Positions 34,445 to 42,714 of a DNA stretch of 64,000 nt are shown here, in pieces. The notes beneath the pieces are model-generated. The model worked only from the letters and a program-made list of their open reading frames with translations, had not been told where the DNA came from and ran no database searches. The stretch is taken from the NCBI GenBank assembly GCA_035650655.1, contig DASRHG010000146.1, positions 5,923 to 69,922 of the forward strand, written 5' to 3'. The DNA is from Candidatus Binatia bacterium. Its GTDB lineage: Bacteria > Desulfobacterota > Binatia > DP-6. Both the position numbers and the translations under genes were made by a program. Position 1 is the first letter of the stretch, and the number at the start of each line of letters is the position of its first letter.

Positions 34445-35800
34445 ATGCACCGCCTCCTCGGGCTTCTCGGCCTCGTCGGCGCCGTGACCGTGGGCGCCGC
34501 GCAGGTCCACGCCTCGGGGTTCCTGCTCTACGAGCAGAACGGGCGGGGCGTCGGGAGCGCGAACGCGGGGGAGGGGGCGATCGCCGCCGACGCCTCGACG
34601 ATCTTCTGGAATCCCGCCGGGATGACGCTCCTCGAGGGAACGAACGTCGCAGGCTCGGGGAACCTCGTGCAGACGCACGCGCACTTCGAGAACGAGGGGT
34701 CGATCATCACCCCGGCCCTCGGCGGCGCCCCGCTCCGGGGGCCGAACAGCGACTCCGACGAGATCGGGCTCCTTTCCTCGTTCTACCTCTCGCAGCAGGT
34801 CACCGATCGGTGGCGCGTCGGGGTCGGGGTCGGCACGCCGTTCGGGCTCCGGACGCAGTGGGACGACGGGTGGGTGGGCCGCTACCACGCGCTCAAGTCG
34901 GACCTCCGCACGATCAACGTGAACCCGTCGCTCGCCGTGCGGCTGACCGACTGGCTGTCCATCGGCGCCGGCGCCGACGCGATGTGGGCGCGGGCGACGC
35001 TCACGAACGCGATCGACCTCGGCGCCGTCTGCGGGATCTTCGGCGCCCAGGCCGGGCTCACGCCCGCGGCGTGCCGCGCGCTCGGCTTCCGCCCGCAGCG
35101 CGTCGACGGGGCGGTCAAGATCCGCGGCCACGACTGGGCCTTCGGGTACAACGCGGGCATCCTCGTCCACCCGACCCCGTTCACGCGCTTCGGCCTCACG
35201 TACCGGTCGCGGATCGACCAGGAGCTCGACGGCAACGCCTACTTCACGATCCCGCGGCGAGCGCGGCTCCTCCAGGCGACCGGCGCCCTCGTGAACACGC
35301 CCGGGAGCGCGGACCTGAACCTGCCCGACTGGACCGACCTGAGCGCCTTCCACCAGATCACGGAGCACTGGGCCGTCCTCGCGGACATCATGTGGATCCA
35401 CTGGGACCGCTTCGACACGCTCGTCATCCGCTTCGCGAACCCGCGGCAGCCGACGACGACGATCCCCGAGAACTGGGACAACACGTTCCGCTACGCGCTC
35501 GCCTTCCAGTACACGCCGACGCCGAGCTGGATCTTCCGCGTCGGCACGGCGCTCGACGAGACGCCGGTTCCGAGCCCGACCTTCCGCACGCCGCGCATCC
35601 CCGACAGCGACCGCATCTGGGGCTCGATCGGCGTCGGCTACGTGCGCGACCGCCTGCGACTCGACTTCGGGTACACGCACGTCTTCGCGATCGAAGGCGG
35701 AGCCCGGAACGCCGATCCGAACACCGGCGCGCTTCTGCGCGGCCACTTCGACGGCAGCGCGGACGTCTTCGGCATCCAGGCGTCGCTCGGGCTGTTCTAA
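34445..35800 (+). CDS. outer-membrane long-chain fatty acid/hydrophobic compound transporter, FadL/TodX/OMPP1 family
   Basis: Signal peptide MHRLLGLLGLVGAVTVGAAQVHA, an N-terminal hatch with the FadL-type NPAG motif in IFWNPAGM, alternating beta-strand pattern, and a C-terminal aromatic residue (..ASLGLF). Confidence 0.85.
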   Translation: MHRLLGLLGLVGAVTVGAAQVHASGFLLYEQNGRGVGSANAGEGAIAADASTIFWNPAGMTLLEGTNVAGSGNLVQTHAHFENEGSIITPALGGAPLRGPNSDSDEIGLLSSFYLSQQVTDRWRVGVGVGTPFGLRTQWDDGWVGRYHALKSDLRTINVNPSLAVRLTDWLSIGAGADAMWARATLTNAIDLGAVCGIFGAQAGLTPAACRALGFRPQRVDGAVKIRGHDWAFGYNAGILVHPTPFTRFGLTYRSRIDQELDGNAYFTIPRRARLLQATGALVNTPGSADLNLPDWTDLSAFHQITEHWAVLADIMWIHWDRFDTLVIRFANPRQPTTTIPENWDNTFRYALAFQYTPTPSWIFRVGTALDETPVPSPTFRTPRIPDSDRIWGSIGVGYVRDRLRLDFGYTHVFAIEGGARNADPNTGALLRGHFDGSADVFGIQASLGLF

Positions 35801-36256
35801 GGCGCCCCTCCACCCCGTCCGTCTCCTTTCGCGTACGGGGGTCCGGATGCTCACACCCGCGCAACGGCGCCGCGTCGCGGGTGCCCGGCGTTCCACGTGC
35901 ACGGGATCTGCAAATCGTCCCGCTCGGCGGTGTGCCGAGCAATGCGCTTCCGTCTCGCCCCCGTCCGCGCCGGCTGCGTCCTTCGGCTGGCCGGCGATGA
36001 GCGGCCGGCTCGCCCGGGTCTCGGTCGCGGCGCCGTCGCGCGCCCCGGAGTCTACTCACTCGCGCGCGACCGGCGGACCCTCCACGACGTCCTCTCGCAG
36101 GGGCGGGGCCTCACCGCGCAGGCGGGCGGCCACTCCGCTTCTCGCCCGCCCCGCGATCCCCTGCGGAGGTCCGCCGCGGACGGCCCCCGGCCCCCGACGC
36201 TCACGTTCGCGATCGACGCCGCGCGACGGCCGGCCGGCGGACGACGTCGCCCTCGC

Positions 36257-36577
36257 TCAGCACAGCCTCTTCACGGTCGGCGCCGGGTCTACTCGCCGAG
36301 CCTCTGATCCCCGCGCTCGGCCCACGGGCTCTGCGAGCCTGCGCGCGAGCGTCTGCCGGGAAATGCCGAGGCGCTGCGCCGCGAGCAGCTTGTTCCCGCC
36401 GCACAGCTCGACGACCCGCCGGAGGTACTCGAGCTCCAGCTGGTCGACGGGGATGATGCCCGACTCGTCCCGCGGCAGCTCGAACTTGAGGAGCTTCGCC
36501 TGCGCGGTGAGCGGGAGGTCGCCGATCTCGTCGAGGAAGAGCGTGCCGCGGTCGGCGAGCTCGACGAGGCCGTGCTT
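36257..36577 (-). pseudogene. remnant of a sigma-54-dependent (NtrC-family) transcriptional activator
   Basis: After an in-frame TAG, the reverse strand reads [31 protein letters not shown] (AAA+ Walker B region). This is joined directly to [33 protein letters not shown] (Fis-type HTH). There is no receiver domain, no Walker A, no GAFTGA and no start codon. Confidence 0.8.
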
Positions 36578-36723
36578 CTATGCTGACGCCGTACGTGCGC
36601 GTGCTCGTCTCGCTCCTCTACTTCGGGCTCGCCGAGCGGAACGCGAAGTACGCTGATTGACGCCAAAAGTCCCACACGGCGTACGCTCGCCGCCGTCCGG
36701 GCGACGGGAATGCGGAGACGCGC

Positions 36724-37453
36724 GTGCGGACGAGGCTCGAGGTCCTGCTCGCCGTCGCCGTCGGGGCGCTGCCCGCGACGGCGACGGCATACGACGTGAG
36801 CGATCGGTTCGCACGCGCGGCGCGGGCGCAGGCGGAGCAGCCGCACTGGATCACGCCGCTCGTCACCGTCACGCCGCGCCTGGAGCAGGAGTACCGGTTC
36901 GACCTGATCCAGCAGGAAGAGCTCCACGACCGCACGAGCACCGTCTACGGCGCCGGCAAGGGGCTCGAGCTGATTCCCGCCGAGCGGATCGAGGTGATCC
37001 TCGGCGTGCCCTCGTGGGTCGAGCATCACGGCCGCGAGCCCGACGGGCTCGGCGACGCGGCGTTCCTCGTGGAGTATCGCCTGGCGGCACGGAACGAGGC
37101 GCGGGGAAACTGGATCGTGAGCGCGTTCCTCGGCGCGACCGCGCCGACGGGCGACGACGGGGTCGGGAACCCGCACGCGCTCTTCACGCCGACGCTCGCG
37201 TTCGGCGAACATGGCCCTCCAGCATCTCCTCCTCGGGAAGCTCTGGCCCGAGGTCGAGCTCAACCTGACGACCTGGCCGAACGGCGCCCGCGCCGGGGAG
37301 ACGCAGGCGTTCGTCACGCCCGGGCTCGTCGTCGGCCGCTTCTCGATCTGGCGGCGCCTCGGCCTCACGCTCGGCGCGGGGGTTCGGCTCGCCGCGAGCG
37401 GTTTCCGTACCGCGCACCGCAACTGGATCTTCTCGGCGCGCCTTCCCTTCTAG
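36724..37453 (+). pseudogene. outer-membrane beta-barrel protein (phenol-degradation MetA-like transporter family?), frameshifted near 37200
   Basis: MRTRLEVLLAVAVGALPATATA.. continues to ..TPTLAFGE in one frame. It then continues as NMALQHLLLGKLWPEVELNLTTWPNG..FSARLPF in the +1 frame (track ORF 37211..37453). It ends on an aromatic residue, typical of OMPs. Confidence 0.6.
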
Positions 37454-37574
37454 CCGTCGTCGGGTGCGCACGCGCGACCGTCGCCGTTCCGGGGGGCGGA
37501 GATCCCTGCGTCGCCGGCTTCCGCATGCTGCAGATCCCGCCTCGGGAAAGTGCGGCCGGGCCGGCGCGGGCGCG

Positions 37575-37590
37575 TGGCGCAGAACTTGCC
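37575..37590 (+). promoter_or_regulatory. sigma-54 (-24/-12) type promoter candidate upstream of the CoADR-rhodanese gene
   Basis: TGGCGC-AGAAC-TTGCC against consensus TGGCAC-N5-TTGCW, with correct spacing. The predicted start site falls only about 3 nt before ATG 37604. Confidence 0.35.
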
Positions 37591-37603
37591 TCGTACCGCC
37601 GCC

Positions 37604-39265
37604 ATGGCGGGAAGACGCGTCCTCATCGTCGGCGGTGTGGCGGCCGGCGCCTCGTGCGCGACGCGGCTCCGGCGCCTCGACGAGACGGCGGAGATCGTCC
37701 TCTTCGACCGCGGCCCGCACGTCTCCTTCGCGAACTGCGGCCTCCCCTACTTCGTCGGCGACGTGATCCGCGACGAGGCGACGCTCTTCGTCGCCTCGCC
37801 GGAGCTGTTCCGGGAGCGGTTCGCGATCGAGGTGCGGACCCGCCACGAGGTGACCGCCGTCGACCGTGCCCGCCGGACGATCACGGTGCGCGACCTCCGC
37901 ACCGGCGCCGCGCGCGAAGAGCCGTACGACGTGCTCGTGCTCGCGCCGGGCGCCGCGCCGATCCGGCCCCCGATGCCCGGCATCGACCTCCCGGGCATCT
38001 TCGCCGTGCGCACGATTCCCGACACCGTCAGCATCCGGCGCTGGATCGCGGAGCGGCACGCGCGGCGCGCGCTCGTCGTCGGCGGCGGCTTCATCGGGCT
38101 CGAGATGGCGGAGAACCTTGTGCACCGCGGGCTCGCCGTGACGGTCCTCGAGAAGCTCCGGCAGGTGATGCCGCCCCTCGACCCCGAGATGGCCGAGGCC
38201 GTCGGCGAGCGGCTCGTCGCGCACGGTGTCGCGCTGCGGCTCGGCGACGGGCTCGCGCGCTTCGAGCCCGACGGCGACGCGCTCGCGGCAGTCACGGAGC
38301 GCGGCGAGCGCGTGCTCGCCGACCTCGTGATCCTCGCGATCGGCGTGCGGCCGGAGACGACGCTCGCGGTCGCGGCGGGGCTGCCGCTCGGGCCGCGGGG
38401 CGGGATCCTCGTCGACGCGCGGATGCGGACGCCCGACCCCCGGGTGTGGGCCGTCGGCGACGCCGTCGAGGTCCGGGACGTCGTCACGGGGCAGGAGACG
38501 ATCCTCCCGCTCGCCGGCCCCGCGAACCGGCAGGGCCGCATCGCCGCCGACACGATCTGCGGCCGGGCGACGGAGTTTCGCGGCGTGCAGGGCACGGCCG
38601 TCGTCGGCCTCTTCGGTCTCATCGCCGCGTGCACGGGGGCGAGCGAGAAGGGGCTCCGGCGCGCCGGCGTCACGCGCTTCGAGCGTGTCTACCTCCACCC
38701 GGGGCACCACGCGGGCTACTACCCGGGCGCCCGCCCGATCCACCTGAAGGTCCTCTTCACGGTGCCCGACGGCCGCGTTCTCGGCGCGCAGGCCGTGGGC
38801 GAGGAGGGCGTCGAGAAGCGGATCGACGTGATCGCGATCGCGATCCAGCTCGGCGCGACGGTCCGCGATCTCGCCGAGGCCGAGCTCTGCTACGCGCCGC
38901 AGTTCGGCGCCGCGAAGGACCCGGTCAACGTGGCCGGCATGATCGCCGCGAACTACCTGGACGGAGACATGCCGCTCGCCGACTGGGCGACCGTCGGCGC
39001 GGACGGCGCCGTCGTCCTCGATGTGCGCGAGCCGGCGGAGTTCGCCGCGGGCCACGTACCGGGCGCGGTGAACATCCCCCTCTCGGCGCTCCGCCGCCGC
39101 TGCACGGAGCTGCCGCGCGACCGCGACATCGCCGTCTCCTGCGGCGTCGGGCAACGGGCGTACTACGCCGTGCGGTTCCTCCGCCAGCACGGCTACCGCG
39201 CCGCGAACCTCTCCGGCGGCTACACGACCTGGCGCGCGCTCCGCGCCGCCGCGGGCGACGGGTAG
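37604..39265 (+). CDS. CoA-disulfide reductase / NADH oxidase family flavoprotein with C-terminal rhodanese domain
   Basis: FAD site RVLIVGGVAAGAS, redox Cys in SFANCGLPY, second Rossmann VVGGGFIGLEMAE, and a C-terminal rhodanese loop VSCGVGQRA. ATG 37604 lies inside track ORF 37550..39265. Confidence 0.85.
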   Translation: MAGRRVLIVGGVAAGASCATRLRRLDETAEIVLFDRGPHVSFANCGLPYFVGDVIRDEATLFVASPELFRERFAIEVRTRHEVTAVDRARRTITVRDLRTGAAREEPYDVLVLAPGAAPIRPPMPGIDLPGIFAVRTIPDTVSIRRWIAERHARRALVVGGGFIGLEMAENLVHRGLAVTVLEKLRQVMPPLDPEMAEAVGERLVAHGVALRLGDGLARFEPDGDALAAVTERGERVLADLVILAIGVRPETTLAVAAGLPLGPRGGILVDARMRTPDPRVWAVGDAVEVRDVVTGQETILPLAGPANRQGRIAADTICGRATEFRGVQGTAVVGLFGLIAACTGASEKGLRRAGVTRFERVYLHPGHHAGYYPGARPIHLKVLFTVPDGRVLGAQAVGEEGVEKRIDVIAIAIQLGATVRDLAEAELCYAPQFGAAKDPVNVAGMIAANYLDGDMPLADWATVGADGAVVLDVREPAEFAAGHVPGAVNIPLSALRRRCTELPRDRDIAVSCGVGQRAYYAVRFLRQHGYRAANLSGGYTTWRALRAAAGDG

Positions 39266-39269
39266 GGGG

Positions 39270-39701
39270 TCAGCGGCGCCCCGCGCCGCGGCCGCCGCTC
39301 CACAGCGGCACGCCCCGGTCGTCGCGGAGCGTGAGCGTCTCGTCGCCCTTCTTCAGCTCCTGGGCGACGATGGCCGGCTCGCCGCCGAGCGTCGTGCGCG
39401 AGCCCTTCACGACGACGCGGTCGCCGGGGCCGACCTTCAGCTTCGCCTTCCCGACGTACCAGTCGGGGCCGAGCGACACGGGGATCGTCTCCGTGTCGGT
39501 CTTGAGGACGAGGTGGACGCCGGTGCCGCGGCCGCGCGGGCTCGCGACGTGCTCGACGCGCAGCACCTCGCCGCTCAAGGTGGTGACCGTGCTCGGGTCG
39601 AAGTGTACCGGACCGCGGCTCCGGCGGGCCGGCCGTGCGGCGGCGATCGACGCGGCGGCGACGATGCCGGCGACGAGGGACAGGCTCCGGATGGCGTCCA
39701 T
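39270..39701 (-). CDS. small secreted hypothetical protein
   Basis: Signal peptide MDAIRSLSLVAGIVAAASIAAA, then a beta-rich domain (VHLVLKTDTETIPVSLGPDWYVGK..GDRVVVKGSR..GEPAIVAQELKKGDETLTLRDDRGVPLWSG). I recall similar small periplasmic proteins in other genomes but cannot name a family with confidence. Confidence 0.6.
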   Translation of the reverse strand: MDAIRSLSLVAGIVAAASIAAARPARRSRGPVHFDPSTVTTLSGEVLRVEHVASPRGRGTGVHLVLKTDTETIPVSLGPDWYVGKAKLKVGPGDRVVVKGSRTTLGGEPAIVAQELKKGDETLTLRDDRGVPLWSGGRGAGRR

Positions 39702-39786
39702 GCGTTCTCCTCCCGACGCCGAAGAAAAGCACGTTCCGTGCCGCGCTCCAACGCCGTGCCACCAGGCCGACGCCCGAGCGTCCCGC

Positions 39787-40299
39787 CTCCTGCCAGAGCT
39801 CCCAGGCCGCGACCTCGTCGCGGAACGCGAGCGCCGCGTGCTACGCGAAGTTTCGGAAGTACGACGGATCGCGGGGAGGCCACGCGCTCTTCACGTTCTG
39901 TGGGCACGAGATGCAGGACGGCGAACCCTTGCACGAGCTGCCGGCCGCCCAGTCCGGCGTGTCCTTCAGGACGGCGATCACGGAAAACCCCTGCGCATGC
40001 GCGCCGTGGATCAGTTGGCCCTGCGCGCCCCAGTCGTACACGCCCTGCTGCTTCTCGATCTGGTCCCATCCGAGGAAGAGGCGCACCCAACCGAAGCCCG
40101 CCGCGCGTGCTCGCTCGAAGCCGTCGGGCGGCAGATAGCCCCAGGGCGGCTGGTTGACTCCGTAGCGGACCGCGCTGCACGGTGCGCCGGCGTTGCAGCC
40201 GCCCGAGGCCGCGCCATCCGTGGCGGTGGCGGCGAACGCTGCGATGACGATCCACAGGACGGCTTGCGCTCGGGTCGACACGGCGCGACCTTCGGACAT
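39787..40299 (-). pseudogene. N-terminal stub of a TIM-barrel (clan GH-A-like) glycoside hydrolase with in-frame stop
   Basis: MSEGRAVSTRAQAVLWIVIAAFA.. ..GFGWVRLFLGWDQIEKQQGVYDWG..LIHGAHAQGFSVIAVL..YFRNFA, then TAG (39841-39843). The same frame then continues HAALAFRDEVAAWELWQE (the position where such enzymes carry the acid/base NEP motif). The rest of the barrel is missing. Confidence 0.6.
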
Positions 40300-40412
40300 C
40301 CGCCGCGCCTGATGCCACGAAATATGCTGCGGGCCGCAACATGACGGCGCCCGACGCGCGCGCCCCGCGCCGTCCGCGCGCGCGCCGGCCGCAGTCGCCG
40401 ACGGTCGCCGGC

Positions 40413-41087
40413 TCAGCGGCGGCGGCAGAAGAAGAAGTGCCGCTCCTCGCTGATGACGACTTCCTTCTTCACGCGGAACCCGTGCTCCATGAGGAGCGTG
40501 CGCAGCACGGCCGGCGAGGGCACGAAGAACGTCGTCGGATCGCCTCGGAAGCCCTTTCCGTCGTAGCACGTCAACGAAGGCGTACTCACCTGCGATTCCA
40601 CGGCGATCCACCCGCCCGGATGCGTCAACGCGCGGAGCTTGACGAGCGCGTCGCAGAAGTTCGGGACGTGATAAAAGACGCCGAGGAAGAGGATCAGGTC
40701 GAACGGCGACGTCTCCGGGACGTCGAACAGGTCCTGGTGGCGAAACTCGACGCCCGCCGCGAGGACCTCGTTGCAGAAGCGCGCCTGCGCGACGAAGGAG
40801 CCGGACGTTCCCTGGTCAATGTCGATCCCGACCACGTCCGCTCCGCGTTCGCGCATCCGGAAGGAGTAGAAGCCGGCATTGCACCCGACGTCGAGGACCC
40901 GCAGGCCCGTGAGTCGCGCGGGTATGACCTTCTTGATGCGCTCCCACAGGCCCCACGGGATGTTTTGCCCGGGGAAGGAGTTCGTGGGGTCGTCCAGATC
41001 CTTCGTGAATATCCCGTCTCCGAGGGGGACGTTCTGGAACCAGGGGCGGAGTTCGCGGATGCGGGCGAGAATTTCCGCGCGCGTCAT
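40413..41087 (-). CDS. class I SAM-dependent methyltransferase (CmoB/DUF1698-like)
   Basis: MTRAEILARIRELRPWFQNVPLGDG.., SAM motif I RVLDVGCNAGFYSF, VVGIDID, ILFLGVFYH. This is the C-terminal 224 aa of track ORF 40413..41579(-). Confidence 0.8.
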   Translation of the reverse strand: MTRAEILARIRELRPWFQNVPLGDGIFTKDLDDPTNSFPGQNIPWGLWERIKKVIPARLTGLRVLDVGCNAGFYSFRMRERGADVVGIDIDQGTSGSFVAQARFCNEVLAAGVEFRHQDLFDVPETSPFDLILFLGVFYHVPNFCDALVKLRALTHPGGWIAVESQVSTPSLTCYDGKGFRGDPTTFFVPSPAVLRTLLMEHGFRVKKEVVISEERHFFFCRRR

Positions 41088-41579
41088 CGTGGTCACGGGG
41101 CGCTGTGTCCCAGAGTTCGACGCGATCTTCAAGCACGCCGCGAGCCCGCGGGCGGAAACCCGGCACAAAACCGTCTCCTCCAACTGCCGCTGGCGGCAAT
41201 ACGCCGCCAGCGTCGCGACGGTCCACGTGGAGAATGGCAAACCGCGCTCTCGCGGACTTGAGAGCGCGACGTCGACGAGTTCGCGTGACTGTTCCGGAGT
41301 CACAGTCGGGATGCGGCCCCGTGGATTTGGGACCCGCTCGAAGGTCCGCAACCCGCTCGCGTTGAAGCGATCGACCCAGAAGTATGCGACCGTGACGTGG
41401 CAGCCGACCCGCCGCGCACCCGTCGGGACCGACGCGCCGCTCCGGGCTGCCGCCACACTCCGATATCGCTGGTGGATGCGTGCCGGTAATCTAAGGTCCT
41501 TGAGTTTCGCCGTGAGAACCCGCTGCTCGGCGGCAGTCAGTCGGCGCAGCGCAACCCGCTCTGGCTTCCCCTTCGCCAT
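41088..41579 (-). mobile_element. IS630-family transposase N-terminal (HTH) fragment, in frame with the downstream methyltransferase
   Basis: LTAAEQRVLTAKL..RIHQRYRSVAAARSGASVPTGARRVGCHVTVAYFWVDRFNASGLRTFERVPNPRGRIPTVTPEQ..GLPFSTWTVATLAAY is the typical IS630 orfA/N-terminal HTH layout. No DDE domain and no terminal inverted repeats were found. A strong SD (GGGGAGGGG) precedes ATG 41579. Confidence 0.7.
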
Positions 41580-41639
41580 CCCACCCCTCCCCGGGCGCGG
41601 GATGGCAGACGGAGTTCGGGGGATCCAGTTGGACCGACA

Positions 41640-42086
41640 CTAGTCGTGGACGTCGGTTCGCCGGAGCGTCCAGCCGCCGCGTCCGTCCTTGCCCGGCAGC
41701 AGCTCCAGGCGGACGAGCTCCGACGGGCCCACGTCGAAGTGCACGGGCTCCGACGTCCACGCCTTGTCGTCCTCGGACGTGGGGTCGTAGGGGTCGTGCG
41801 AGGAGGCCATCACGGAGTACGAGCCGGGCGCGACGAACGTGCACACCGCCTGCCCGCCGAGGAGAGCGAAGGACTGTGGCGTCGTGACGAAGACGCGCGC
41901 GTCGCGGACGTTGAGCGCGCCCTCGTTGCGCGGCCGCTCGATGCAGACCTCGGATGACAGCGCGCGGTCCGCTGGTCTATAGAGCGGCAGCTCGGGCGGC
42001 GCCGGCTCGCGGTGGCGCCAGAAGCAGCCGCTCGCGAGCAAGGAAACGACGAGTGCCACACTGCCGACCGTCCGTCCGCACCCCAT
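41640..42086 (-). CDS. hypothetical lipoprotein
   Basis: MGCGRTVGSVALVVSLLASGCFW has a lipobox L-A-S-G-C. The remainder is beta-rich, with no confident family. Confidence 0.6.
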   Translation of the reverse strand: MGCGRTVGSVALVVSLLASGCFWRHREPAPPELPLYRPADRALSSEVCIERPRNEGALNVRDARVFVTTPQSFALLGGQAVCTFVAPGSYSVMASSHDPYDPTSEDDKAWTSEPVHFDVGPSELVRLELLPGKDGRGGWTLRRTDVHD

Positions 42087-42138
42087 GGCCGCCGGCCATA
42101 GTGCCCGACGCGGACGCGGTCAAGCCGAACGCCGCGCC

Positions 42139-42699
42139 ATGACGCCGCTCGAGGCGCTCGCCGCCGCCTGGCGCGCCGCGGAGTCCGTCGTCGTCCTGAC
42201 GGGCGCCGGGCTCTCGACGGCGTCCGGCATCCCGGACTTCCGCTCGCCGGCCGGACGCTGGGAGCGCTACCGTCCGGTCCCGCTGCCCGACTTCCTCGCG
42301 CGCGCGGGACGGGTCGCGCTCCTCGTCACGCAGAACGTCGACGGCCTTCACGAGCGGAGCGGCTTTCCCGCGGACCGGCTGGTGAGCGTCCACGGCGCGG
42401 ACTCGGCCGTCGAGTGCATGCGCTGCCACCGGCGGGCGCCGCGCGAGGTGGCGCAGGCCGCGTGGGAGGCGGGGACGGCGGTGCCGCGCTGTCCCTGCGG
42501 CGGCCCCTGGAAGCCGGACGCGGGGACGTCGCTCGTCGTCGGCCCCGTGAACGAGATGTTCCCGGTCGCCCGCGCGGCGGGCGCGCGCACCGCGATCCTC
42601 ACGGCGTCCGAGACGCCCTTCGACGCGGCCGCGGACTGGAAGCTCGACGGCGCGCTCGCGGAGGTGCTTCCCGCGCTCCGCGACGTGGTCCTCGGCTGA
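42139..42699 (+). CDS. Sir2-family (CobB-like) protein, abnormally short (possibly degenerate)
   Basis: VVVLTGAGLSTASGIPDFRS, VTQNVDGLHERSG, catalytic-His region VSVHG, Zn-Cys CMRCH ..CPCGG. Segments that CobB/Sir2Tm carry between GIPDFRS and QN(I/V)DGLH, and after C..CGG..(R/K)PD, are missing. Confidence 0.6.
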   Translation: MTPLEALAAAWRAAESVVVLTGAGLSTASGIPDFRSPAGRWERYRPVPLPDFLARAGRVALLVTQNVDGLHERSGFPADRLVSVHGADSAVECMRCHRRAPREVAQAAWEAGTAVPRCPCGGPWKPDAGTSLVVGPVNEMFPVARAAGARTAILTASETPFDAAADWKLDGALAEVLPALRDVVLG

Positions 42700-42714
42700 G
42701 GGAGGAGGAGAGCC

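Noticed and set aside
39493-39501. A 9-nt match (GTGTCGGTC) to the sequence just outside the IS630 fragment (41633-41641, reverse complement), as a possible second inverted repeat of the IS.
   Set aside because: Only 9 nt match, the site is inside the small secreted-protein gene, and roughly one such match is expected by chance.
42139-42699. The Sir2-domain gene as part of an anti-phage defence system (Thoeris, DSR, or SIR2-HerA type).
   Set aside because: Its motif order is CobB-like. It is short and apparently degenerate. None of the partner genes or domains of those systems is nearby.
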